This document shows positions 1-11,758 of a stretch of 64,000 nucleotides of DNA, piece by piece (within the stretch, counting starts at the first letter, position 1; every line of letters begins with the position of its first letter). The notes below the pieces were generated by a model that did not search any database, was not told where the DNA came from, and saw only the letters and a program-made list of their open reading frames with translations. Source of the DNA: Geosiphon pyriformis uo1. Taxonomy: Eukaryota > Fungi > Glomeromycota. The stretch spans positions 928,255 to 992,254 of the forward strand of contig JAAOMT010000703.1 in the NCBI GenBank assembly GCA_016748015.1, given 5' to 3'. The position numbers were made by a program, and so were the translations under genes.

Positions 1-3000
1 CCACTCATTGAAAACAAAACCCTTGAAAAAAGCTAATAACACCAAAAAATCCAAAGCACAGGCTGACAACAGCTGCAAAACACTTAAAAAAAAAAAAGAA
101 TAACCAGAAAGTTCTTTTCAAGAGAACGCACAGGACTCCAAAATCTTGTGACGAGCAAAAATATTGATTATACAAGAAAACACATGATCAGACATCTCCA
201 CTTTCTCACAATACAAGCATAGAATACTGTGATAACATTTGTCATAGAAACATTTTCAAACAGCTATGAGAAGCTGATAGTGCAAAGGCTTTATAAAGTA
301 AGTACAAGTATCAGCAGTGCGCCTGCTTGTAAAACCCATGACCATATGTGAATTAGAGTGCCATACCCAAGAAGAGCTGAGCCAATTGACATTTGAAAGC
401 AAACCACCTGCCAGAAAACCAGAACCAGAATCAACCTCCCAATACGCATAACAGACAGCATGAAACACATCCCAAACAAAGTGCCTAGAATTACTAGAAA
501 CTGTATCACCATCAGCCACCAAAAAATGTTCACCAATACAAGAAGAAAGAAACCACCCAGAGAGAGAAGCAGTGTCAGTGAAACTGTCAGCACAATTATT
601 CCCCAAAATGCCAAAGTGGCTCTTGACCTTGCACCAGGTGACCTCTAAGTTTTTGCTGCGAATAATATTACTGATATGCCAATGTTTGACTCAACACTGA
701 TTGTAAAAGTCAGGATACATCAGATTTAGCTCCGATTTACAAGCATCCAAAGCAGCTTAACTATCTGAAAACAAGCAAACAGAGCAAGACATGAGTATAT
801 ACTTTAGGGCCAAGACAATAGCCTGTAACTCTGCCAAAGTAAATGATACCAAACTGTGAACACTAACACCCAAACCTAAATTAATGTCCTTAAAAAAGGC
901 AGCAGCACCAGCCCAACAACCAATTGTGCCTAAATTCTTAAGAGAACTATCCGTATAAACAGACAGACTATCAGAGCCAACCTGAAAAAGACAATCACAG
1001 ACAGACACAAAATCACTGAACTCACAAATGTTCAGAGGGCCAACACTACCCAAAGCTGGAGGAGAGATGGGTGGACCAATGAGAAATACAACAGAGAGCT
1101 TGAACCAATCAGGGACTGGCTCATGAGGGTCCAGTTTTTTCCACCACTTAAAAATGCACCAGTTAAAGACATCACCATGATGATCACAAAGCTGATCTAC
1201 AAAAGCAATGCCATAATGCCAGAGAGAAGGCAAAAACTTGAAAAACAAAGACTCATCCAGAATAGTAAACATAGACACCCTATCACGAAGTCAAAAAAAG
1301 CTGGCCAAAGAGCCACCTAAAGACAAATTGCAGTCATAAAGAATGCGAACTATACCTGACAAAAAATTATTGGAAGCACTAACATAAATATGAGCAGAAA
1401 AACTCAATGGATGGAGGGGGTGTCAACACAGAACTTGCAAGTTATGAGACCTGTGGCTGAACAAAAGACCTAGAATTCCACCAGAGTTTGCAAAGCTGAT
1501 AAGTAAAGCAAGCTTACTCTCAGACTGACATTGTAAAAAAGACTTAAAACCATAAAAGAAAAGATAATAAATTGTATCACCAGAGAAATCAAGCAGAAAA
1601 CCAGATTTCAGCTTTAAGCTTTTGTGAATTAAAGCATCTCACTTGTTGCAAACACTAATAGAAACAAAGCTAAACTGTGTTTTATAGCCAACTATAGAAT
1701 GGAAAACCACCAAAACCAAATACAAGAACTGCTTATCTGACACAGCCTTTTTTAGGATTAAATTAGTGAAGAAGCAAATGTCTGAATGTGCTTTAGTCAA
1801 GCTAGACTTAGAAAAACCCTCAGTCAACAGAAAGATACCAAGATATTGATAAGATTCTTCTTTATGGACTACAAAAATGGGCAAACCACTGATAAAAAGA
1901 GATGGGTAACTGACTCTGCTATTGATGGGAATGACCACAGTTTTGTCATTATTGATCAAAATGTCATTAATCTGGAAAAATTCACTAGCAACATTAAGAA
2001 TATGTTAAGTAGTATTCTGACTGCTGCCAACCCAAATTGTATTATCAACAAAGGTGCCAGCAGTAAGAAAAGAAAAAAATCCAGCCCAAGATTCAGCACA
2101 ACCACTTCTAGAAATAAAATGAGAATTGATTCTGTATTCACACATGCTCTTCTGATATTTGACTTCACACAACAGAGAGTCATAAAATATATATCACAAA
2201 AGAGGGGAGAAAATCTCTCTTTGGTCCAGTCCATTATGTATACTATAACTATCCATCAAACCAAAGTCCATCATAACTCAGTTGGTACAATCTCTATAAA
2301 TACTACCAAAAAGTCAAATGAATCTGTTACATATCTTAATCCTGACTAAACTTTTCTCAAGATGTTTCCAGCCTACCAAATCATATGCCTTCCATATGTC
2401 CTGCAGAACTAGTCAGAACTCCCAGTCTTTTTCCAAAGCATCTTCAATGATTAACCCAATTGCAAAAATTAGAGACTGAGTTGTTGTGCTCTTTAAGACT
2501 GAAAAATTATCACCATGAAGAACATCAAAAGTACTACAAGCTGAGGAGATCTTATTAGAAAGAATTTTGGAAAGAACTTTGTAAGCTGTTTTAATCAAAG
2601 CAATAGAACGAGTATTTGTCAGAACGCCCTTCCACTCATAAAGTTTGGAAATTATTGAGACCCAAGCCTCTTTCCAAGAACTGGGCACAGATCCACCAAC
2701 CAAACATGAATTCAAAAGTACCAAGAGCATATTCAGAACAGATTTATTGCAATGCTTCCAAAGTTCATTTAAGATACCCGAGAGACCAGCAGCTTTGCCA
2801 TTAGGCAGATTAGATACCACCCCAAAAAATTCATCAAATTCAATTGAACACATCACACCAGAAAAAGCTCCATCAAAAACATATTCCAAAGGCTAATACT
2901 GACAATACCACTCACTAGAAACATCAGAAACTGTTTAATGTTTCCAAGTTCAATCTTTTATAATTGTGTTCATCTTAGACTTAACCAAACCAGGTTCTAA

Positions 3001-3692
3001 AACCAGCTCATTATTGACAACCAGATGGTCAAGCACTACCTTGTAAAATGGATACTCCAATACACTTCTGATAGTATGACCCTTATTTGTTTCAAAGCTT
3101 TCTATTCTTTTATCTATAGCAGACCTGATGTTTGCTTCCTTGGCCCTTAGAAATTCCACACATTTCAGTGCATGATAAAATTTTCTGATGATACAGAAAG
3201 CTGAACAAACATGATCAAAAGTTGCATCAGAGTCCATTAAATATTGAATAACTGAAGCCTTAGCACTGTTTAGAGAACATCAACACTTTATAAGAGAAAC
3301 AAAATCATCAACATTAGCTTTCTGAGAAGCCCTAACAATCTTTGAAACCAAAAGTTCCAATCTATGAAACTTCGAAGATTTTTTGATAAAGATGTGACCA
3401 AAGTCCTTAAACCATTTCTTTTTAAATATTTCATTAGCTGATAACATAACAGACTTGCAAATAGTATTCCACATCACATTCAAATCTGAGAATCACTTGG
3501 AAGCAATAAAATCATCAAAGAACATAGCAGCATTAGCTACTAAAGCATTCTTAAATCTGGTCCACATAGCAATATTAGCACTCTTAAAATTAAACTTTCA
3601 ACAATCTTTATTCACTTGCTTGCAAAGAGAATTCAACTGCACATCTAACAAGCCACCCAAATCCATGGACACAGAAACAGCTTGATAATCAG
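1..3692 (-). mobile_element. LINE copy A, ORF2 3' part (end of APE, RT, RNase H, C-terminal CCHC); runs off the left window edge; pseudogenised
   Basis: Minus-strand ORF fragments: RT region (KAAGLSGILNELWKH, TRSIALIKTAYK, INNDKT, YLGIFL), RNase H (VYTDSSL, AELQAI, FSDS) and Zn finger (CLYCEKVEMSDHVFSC near 170-220). Colinear with LINE copies at 23.1-30.0 kb and 40.2-47.1 kb. Interrupted at 3692 by Gypsy G1. Confidence 0.93.
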
Positions 3693-4559
3693 TGTTATGA
3701 TTTAAGAATTTAGCAAAAAGAATCATAAAAATAATACAAACTATTCAATCATAATATAGCACAGTAATAATCTTAGAAAGGTAATAATTAACATAGTAGC
3801 AAACACCATCTCACAATAGTAGCAAGCACCAGTTCACAATAGCAGCCAACACCAACTGGTGATAGCAGCAAACACCAGGTTGAAATATCAAAAAGAAAGT
3901 ATTTTCTCATAGAACTACAAACATGTATATATACAGTAGTTTTAATATTGGGAAATAATCAATCAAGTAATAAAAATCATAACTTATCAAGCAACAGATC
4001 CAATTTTATCCAACAAACTCCACTTTAAATCATACTTTCAAATTAAATATCCCAAGAAACCTTTAAAAATCAAAAAGAAATGAAAAAAAATATTTAAAAC
4101 GGAACTATCACAACCCAAAGTATTAAGAAACTTACTTGTATTATTTATTGAATGAAACTATCATTCATCAACTGAATCCCTTAGAAGAATAATCCTTGAT
4201 CAAGATTATTCACATTGTTACTAATTGATAAAAGCTTTATTGTGAGAATTAGAAAAGCACTAAAGACCATTAACATTCTGTGTTTCTAGATTAGAAAAAC
4301 ACATCAGGCAATTGCAAAGATAGCCTCAGAGAAGACCCCAGACAGTGGGTAGATTTCAGTTCAGCCTCTAAGAAGGAGTACATAAACACACACAACAATC
4401 AAGAATTAAAGAATAACTTACATCGCAACAGTAAAAAGAAAGCCTTCAGTGTAACAGTGACATTATCACACAAATAGAATTAAGGAACTCACAAAAAACT
4501 GATTGCAATTAAAGTGGGATATCAGCAATTAAATATAACAAAAAAACCATCCCGTAACA
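3693..4559 (+). repeat. G1 5' LTR (867 bp)
   Basis: Starts TGTTATGA, ends CCCGTAACA; direct repeat of 12525-13184; 4 x 23-bp tandem units at 3793-3884 upstream of a TATATATA box near 3927. Confidence 0.96.
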
Positions 4560-4561
4560 TT

Positions 4562-4578
4562 TGGTGAACCCTATGAAG
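4562..4578 (+). promoter_or_regulatory. G1 primer binding site TGGTGAACCC..., possibly tRNA-Trp
   Basis: TGG 2 nt after the LTR's terminal CA. TGGTGAACCC complements a ...GGGUUCACCA 3' end, which I recall from some eukaryotic tRNA-Trp; the tRNA identity is tentative. Confidence 0.7.
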
Positions 4579-4641
4579 AAAGAAAATCAAAAAGGAAATA
4601 ATAATTAGCAATAATTCATTGCTAAAAAGAAAAAGACAAAA

Positions 4642-6651
4642 GTGGCAACAAAAACCCCTAATCTTACTGTTCTTGAATTCTGCCATGCTATTTACACACA
4701 AAATCAAAGTGATCTTGGATTACCAGAAGAGTGTTGTCCAGCAGAATCTGCTCTCACTTATTATGTCAATGCCAGAATAAATTATCATATAGGAAAGGAA
4801 GAAGAACCACACAACGCAAAACTTGGATTGTATAGAGAATTATCACAATACACTACAAAAAAAGTAGCAGTAATAGCCGCAATTATTGTCAAAATCCATC
4901 GAGAAATTGAGCAATATGCCAACAAAAATTTTCCAATATCCACAGGAAACACTAAGGAACGTGCCAACAAAACCAAAGAAAATTTAGAAACTAATCAGGA
5001 AAGTAACCAGCAAAAACTAAGAACACCAGCTCAAACGCCAAAGAAAACTGTCACTCAATCAATAAAGAAACAATGTATTTATTCACTAGAAGATAAATCA
5101 TACCATTTTTCACCAGAAAATAAGATACAAATTCCATTAGGAGCTGCATCATCATCAACATCAACTCCACAAACGCCAAGAACTCCTAGTTATACTGATA
5201 AAATTAAACAACGTAACTGGGGAGACATACCAATTACAGGAGGATATTCATCACTATTCCAAAACCCTCTTTTTCAGCCAAAATTTAGAATGGGGTTTGA
5301 AAATCGTGAAGAGGAGTCTGAATTGGAATTCGAAAAAGAGACCAGTGAAAAAACAATCACAAGACCAGTCACTGGAACAAGCAGCCAGTCCAGAAACCAA
5401 GAAACTCATGATCAAGAGGAAGAACCGGATATAAGGGAAGCCACCTTTAGGAATGCTCAAGGAAATATCATCCCATCTCTTCTTAGACCAATAAACCCAC
5501 CAGCAGAAAACAGCAACAAAATGACCACACCATACATTGTAAGACTAACAGATTTCTCAGGAGAAGAAAAAGAAACGGACATGCACACATGGTTCAGAGA
5601 AGCACAAAAAGCCATTCAAGCAAATAACTGGAATGACCAAAGAGCAATTCAAACATTACCTTTCTTCTTGAAAGGCACAGCCGACTTGTGGTATCAAAGC
5701 CTGGAAACAAAACCCATGAGCTTCGCCGAATTTAAAAATGCACTCCTGGAGTATTTTAGTGACCCAAATGCCATAATCCAACTACAGAACAAATTCAATA
5801 CTATCAAGCAAAATACCGGTGAAACTGTCACCCAATACCTTGCTCGATTCAATCGAATTCACCGTCAAATTGAAGCGATTGAACAAGGATACTACACTGA
5901 TTCTCAGGTTTTAAATCAGTTTATTAGAAGATTAAAAAGCAGCATTTTAGGAAAAGTACGCCCTGCCCACCCTAATTCCTTACCAGAAGCCATTACGCTC
6001 GCCAAAGCCCTTAAATCGGCTGAGAAAGAAGCTAACCATAGTCAAATGGTTAACATAGTAATGGAAAAAAATAAGACAGAAACATTAGAGAAAAGAGTAA
6101 TGCGATTAGGGGAGGAACTCTCTAAGAAAATAGAAAGTTACCTCATCCCAGATCCGAGAAAAAATACATACCAACCACCCCAAAGACACAGCCAGGAAGT
6201 CAGCAACAGTCGAAATAATCGCTCGTCACGCCAGGAATTCAGAACAGAAACGTGCGCCTGCCATTTTTGCAAACATGTAGGACATTTGATTAGTCAATAT
6301 CGAACGTAAATGATACAGGAAGCACGTGAAAATAATTACTATGCACCACCCCAAATGCCCAGAAACCAGTACACGCCAATACCATGCCAATATCCCACCA
6401 CGTATCAAAATCAAGGAGCTTACCAGCAACAGCCCATGATAGCCAATCCGAATTGGTGTCCCAAGACCCGAAATCAGCCCATGTGGAACCAGAACGTGTT
6501 GGTCCAGAGGAATCCAAACCACGCCGGAACCAATCAGCAAACCAATCCAAACTACCAAAATTATTAACAAACTTACCTTAATATACTGGAAAACCTGATC
6601 ATTGGAAACAATGATGGTAGAAACATAAACAGAACCAAGAATTCCTCCAAA
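4642..6651 (+). pseudogene. G1 Gag (capsid-like retrotransposon gag domain, degenerate zinc knuckle, Q/N/P-rich tail)
   Basis: 555-aa ORF with FSGEE...W, FLKGTADLWY, QNTGETVTQYLARF, CHFCKHVGHLISQY (last Cys to Tyr). The frame continues through TAA stops at 6307 and 6565 that are derivable from CAA. Confidence 0.9.
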
Positions 6652-7308
6652 TTGAGCCAGACAATACCACCAGCAGTTGCCACCAAAAATAGCAGCCTCG
6701 CAGCTATTTTTCCTTTTGAATTAGAGGAAAACGAGGCTATGTTCAATGGAACAGCATTGGATGAAAAATGCCCAATCACTGCTATGTATACGGAAGCCAC
6801 TGTAAACAATACTCCAATCAAACTTATCTTAAACAGTAGATCCGCTGGAAGCATCGTAATGCTTCAATTAGTAAACCAACTGGGTTTCAAAGTTGATTGT
6901 GCCACGATGTCCCAAATCATAATAGCCGATAGAAGTACAAAGCTGTCTCATGACGAAATCGACTCATTCCCTTTCGAAATTAACGGCATAGTAATACCTA
7001 CAAAAGTATTAATAATAGACACTACACAATATCAAGTATTAGTAGAGAATGACTGGTTAACAAAAGCCAACGCCACCCTAGACTGGACCACCCAAGAGCT
7101 TCTGATTAATTATAATGGCCACCAGGCCAAAATTCCAGCCACCTGTGGCCACTTCCAAAAACCCAGCACCAACCAAAGACCTACCTTTGAATTTGAGGAA
7201 AATCCAGCACTACCAGCCATCGAAACCTATCAGCTCTCTTGGGCTGATGACCAAAAAACAGGACTACCAGCCGTACCAACGTGGACCAGCGAAGAAAGAT
7301 CTGAATAG
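6652..7308 (+). pseudogene. G1 aspartic protease
   Basis: KLILNSRSAGSIV is an eroded LILDSGS active-site motif; VLVENDWL is an eroded LxGxDWL motif. Same frame as gag. Confidence 0.88.
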
Positions 7309-8000
7309 AACCAGGTAAGTTCACGAAGAAACCACCAGCAACACAGACCAAAGCTAGAATGCTCGGTTTGCAAGAAGAAACTCTCATCTATAACTGCATG
7401 CAGTACACCGGACAAAGACCCAAGAAACTTCACCCACTACTATTGTAACTGTTGTAACAAAAAAAAATATGGTTACCCAGAAAGACATGGAAAATGGGAC
7501 GAGGAACCATGCTTCGCTTGTGGAGAACTGTTACCAAAAAGGTGCGACTGGAACGACTTACCAGACAGAGGAGGAACGTGTGACGCAACTTGCCAATACA
7601 CAATCCTCATCTGTGACTGGGTAAGAAGAGGAATGCCATTCGAAGCAGTGTTCAACAAAGTGTTAAAAAGACTACAGCACTACCTACACGACGAAAATGA
7701 GTTGTACAACACCACACAAGCCAAAGTAAGAGGAGGAACTGCCGAAGAAATACAACATTGGAAAGAGTCAGCCGAAGTAGCCAACAAAGTCACCAGCTAC
7801 AACATGTTCAACCCAGTGGATGAATTCCAGGACTACTACCAACAACTATGCCCCACTTGACAAGAGCAAGAACAATACCTCGCCCAAATCAACACTTACC
7901 TCTGCAAAAACTGTCTCATTCCGTGCCAAAATCAGTGCTGTGAAGAGTGTCAAGATGAAAAAGACTTAGAAAGAAAAATAGAAATTGAGAATCAGCAGTC
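7309..8000 (+). pseudogene. G1 cysteine-rich multi-zinc-finger-like cassette of unknown function (in Gag-Pol frame)
   Basis: In-frame translation CSVC...YYCNCC...PCFAC...TCDATCQY...LCKNCLIPCQNQCCEEC; a homologue is present in G2 at 63420-64000. Confidence 0.75.
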
Positions 8001-8082
8001 TCAAAATCAATCAATAAATCAACAAGACTCACCTGATGGTCCCAAGTCAGAAAAATTTGTAGCCTATACCGACTTAGAACAG

Positions 8083-8520
8083 GTGACCGATATCCGATAC
8101 TTTGACAACGGGCACTTAAAAATAATACCTGAAAGAGCCTATCTAACCGACACCGGATTCGATCTACGTTATCCAGAAGACCAATCCACAATGTTACCAC
8201 CCAGGAGCATCACCAAAATCGACCTAAAAATAGCGGTTGAAATTCCGCCAGGAATAATGGTTCAAATGGCGTCGTGATCAAGCCTCGCGAAAAAGGAATA
8301 AGCATTCAAGAAGAAGTAATTGACTCCAGATACACTGAAAATTTGATGGTTTTGCTACAGAACAATTCAGAAAAGCCTTATACTATTGAATCTAAGGAAA
8401 AGATTGCACAAGCAATTTTCCTACCATTGGTAAAAATTGGGAAATTCGTGCCAGTAGAAAATCATGAGGAATTGTCACAAACAATGAGAGGAACTTTTGG
8501 TTTCGGATCGACAAGAAAAG
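8083..8520 (+). pseudogene. G1 dUTPase domain
   Basis: All five trimeric-dUTPase motifs recognisable: TGFDLRY, AS*SSLA (RSS, CGA to TGA), VIDSRYTENL, EKIAQAI, RGTFGFGST. One-base frameshift in an A-run near 8290. Confidence 0.9.
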
Positions 8521-8959
8521 GAATTGAAGCAAATTTCGCTGAAACAATAGAGGAAAAAGGCGAAGTAATTAAAAATGAGTGGTTCATTACACTCTTACCA
8601 TATGGAAAATCAGAAATAAGAATAAAAAGAACAATTAAAAAAAAAGACCTAATATTTGAGCCCTACCCAGAAACTTGCCAACAGTTTTTTATAGGACTTA
8701 CTAACCTTTTTATTCCAGCTGATAAAGCTCAATGGATAAAAATTCCTATTGCAAACACCACAGAAGAACCCGTCTACATTCCGGAAGATACCATCATTGG
8801 ATACCTCAGAACGGAGCTAGAAAACATGTCAACACCACAAGAAATTCTAAATTTCCCAGAAATTGCCCTCTACTGTGAACTCACTTCAATAAATTGGCAA
8901 CAACCGTTAGAATGCTATCAATTTATGCCAGAAGAATTGGCCAAATTAAACATTGGAAC

Positions 8960-10349
8960 AATGGATCTTGACCAACAGCGACAATTAAAAGCATTAATTT
9001 TAAAATACTCTGATATATTTTCAAGAAATGGCGAATTTGGAAGAACCAACTTGGTTCAACACCAAATCCCCACTGGAGATGCCAGACCTGAAAAACAACG
9101 CGCTTACCATGTCCCACCAATGGAGCATAATTTTATCAGAGAAGAAGTCCAAAGCATGTTAGAAAAAAGAATAATACAACCATCAATGAGCCCATAGTTC
9201 TCACCAGTTGTTTTAGTAAGGAAAAAAAACGGAAAAATTAGATTTTGCGTCAACTATCACAAACTAAACAGCAAAACAACCAAAGACTCATACCCAATAC
9301 CATTAATTGATGAAATCTTCAACGTTTTTGGAGGAGCAAAATGGTTTTCTACACTGAACTTGACCAGTGGGTACTGGCAAGTGGAAATGGACCCAAAGGA
9401 CAGGCATAAAACAGCATTCACAACACAAAATAGCAATTATGAGTTCAATGTAATGCCATTTGGATTAACAAATGCTCCCACGACATTCCAAAGACTAATA
9501 GACGTAATTTACTCCGGAATTCTGTGACAATCCGTTGTTGTCTACTTGGATGATACAAATGTTTTCTCATCAAAATTCACGGATCATCTCCAACATTTAC
9601 AACAAGTTTTTGAGAGATTGAGACACACTGGACTTAAACTAAATCTAGAAAAATGTTTCTTTGGGAAAAATGAGCTAGCATTTTTAGGACACGTAGTTGG
9701 AAAAAATGGAATAAAACCAGATCCATCAAAAATAGACAAAGTGAAAAATTTTCCAGTACCTCAAAACATTTCAGAAGTTAGAAGCTTTTTAGGACTCGCA
9801 TCTTACTACCGCCACTTTGTAGAAAACTTTTCAAACATCACCAAACCCCTTAATTACCTACTATCTAAAAATATAAAGTTTGAATGGACTGAAGCACAAC
9901 AAAAAGCTTTTGAGTACCTTAGACAAAAGCTTATTGAATTACCAATAATAATCTATCCGAATTTCAACAAAAAATTCAGTTTGGCCACAGATGCCTCTGG
10001 AACTGGACTTGGAGCCATTCTGTCACAAAAAGATGATAATGGAAGAGAACGTGTAATTGCTTATGCCAGCAGAAGTCTCAGTACAGCAGAACAAAACTAT
10101 GCAGCACATGAACTTGAATGCTTAGCAGTAGTCTGGAGTTGTGTTCACTTTGACACATATTTACGGTACCAACCCTTTGAGATTACGACAGATCATAGAG
10201 GTCTGGTCTGGTTAAATAACAAGAAAGTGCTAAAAGGAAAATACGCCAGATGGTCACAAACGTTAGCACCATACAATTATATTATCAAATACAAAGAAGA
10301 TACCAAAAATGCTAATGCCGACTGTTTGTCAAGAATGAGACACACATAA
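8960..10349 (+). pseudogene. G1 reverse transcriptase + RNase H
   Basis: SP*FSPVVLVRKK, RFCVNYHKLN, SGYWQV, MPFGLTNAP, VVYLDD, FLGHVV, FLGLASYYR, TDASGTGLGAILSQ, ECLAVVW, TDH, NADCLSR, then TAA at 10347-10349. Confidence 0.95.
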
Positions 10350-10378
10350 AAATTACCAACCCATCCGCCACAACAACA

Positions 10379-11758
10379 ATGAACAACCACCTTTACAAAA
10401 ACCTCAGCCAATACTTAGAAACACTACAAATAAATGAAGAAATGCCAGTAAAAGAGCTAATTAAGCTCCAAAAATTAGCAAAACACTATTTCATCCAAAA
10501 TCACATACTTTATTACTGGAATTGACAAAATTCAGATAATTCATTAAGAGTTATAACCACGGATGAAAAAGAAACTATCTTATTTAACATGCATTCAGAT
10601 ATTTATTCAGGCCACTTTGGAAAAACAGCAACCATCCAACGTACAACTAGCCGTTACTATTAGCCAAAAATGAGTTCAAACATAATCCAATACATAAAAA
10701 ATTGTGACCCATGCCAATGAAAAGAAGGAGCAAAAACAACGGAATTATTAAGACCAATAAAAGTTGGACAGTCATTTGACAGAATTGGAATTGATTTAGT
10801 TGGACCCTTACTAATAACAACAAGAAACAACCGTTATATTGCAGTAGCCATGGACTATCTCACCAAATGGCCAGAAGCTAGAGCTATTAAAACAGCTGAT
10901 GCTATTTCTATAGCTCAATTCGTACATGAAGACTTAATTTGCCAACATGGATGTTCACAAGAATTGCTATCAGATCAAGGCACACACTTCGTAAACAGCA
11001 CCTTAAAAGAACTTAGCCAAAAATTTGGAATCAAGCGACCACTGTCATCACCATACCACCCTCAAACAAATGGATTAATTGAAAGATTTAATCGCACATT
11101 ATGCGAATCACTGGCAAAAATTAGTAACGAACATAAAAAAGAATGGGATTTGTTCATACCAGCAGTACTACTAGCATATAGAACAGTAAAACAAGATACT
11201 ACACAATTCACACTGTTTGAACTAGTTTATGGAAGAAAAGCCACATTACCAGTTGAACTTACTATCCCAACTTATCCAAGTGACACTATCACGGAAGCAA
11301 CATTCCAGGAAACACTACTTAGAAGAACATACAAATTAATGAGAACTTTAGAAAACAAAAGAAGAAAAGCAGCACAAAATATTGAACAATCACAAAAACA
11401 ACAAAAAGTGAGACATGATAACCAGTTACCAGATAATATAATTAGCTACAAAATTGGAGATAAAGTATTGTTGCATCGTACAAAAATGGAAAAACAGTGG
11501 AGTGGAAAATTTGATCACAAGTGGGATGGACCATTTTATATTCACGAAATACTTGGAAATGGAGCATACAAGCTAAGACTAGATGATAAAATATTAAGAA
11601 AAGCAGCACATGGTAACCGGCTGAAATTCTATTACAGTAAACCAGTAATAACAACAAAAACACCCAGAATTGGAACACAATTACCTTTAATTCTACCAGA
11701 ACAAATTCCACGAGATTTAGAACCAATAGTTTTAATTGAACATTATTCGAAAAGATAA
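10379..11758 (+). pseudogene. G1 integrase, separate ORF with own ATG (HHCC zinc domain, DDE core, GPF/SH3-like region)
   Basis: ATG at 10379 (MNNHLYKNLSQYL) in a different frame from RT-RH; HSD...GHFG...CDPC; IGIDLVGPL; SDQGTHF; YHPQTNGLIERFN; KWDGPF; ends LEPIVLIEHYSKR*. Confidence 0.92.

Noticed and set aside
8280-8300. Programmed ribosomal frameshift in G1
   Set aside because: The shift falls inside the dUTPase in an A-run; the homologous G2 segment (SRSSLAKKRINI) is in frame, so this is a 1-bp deletion or sequencing error.
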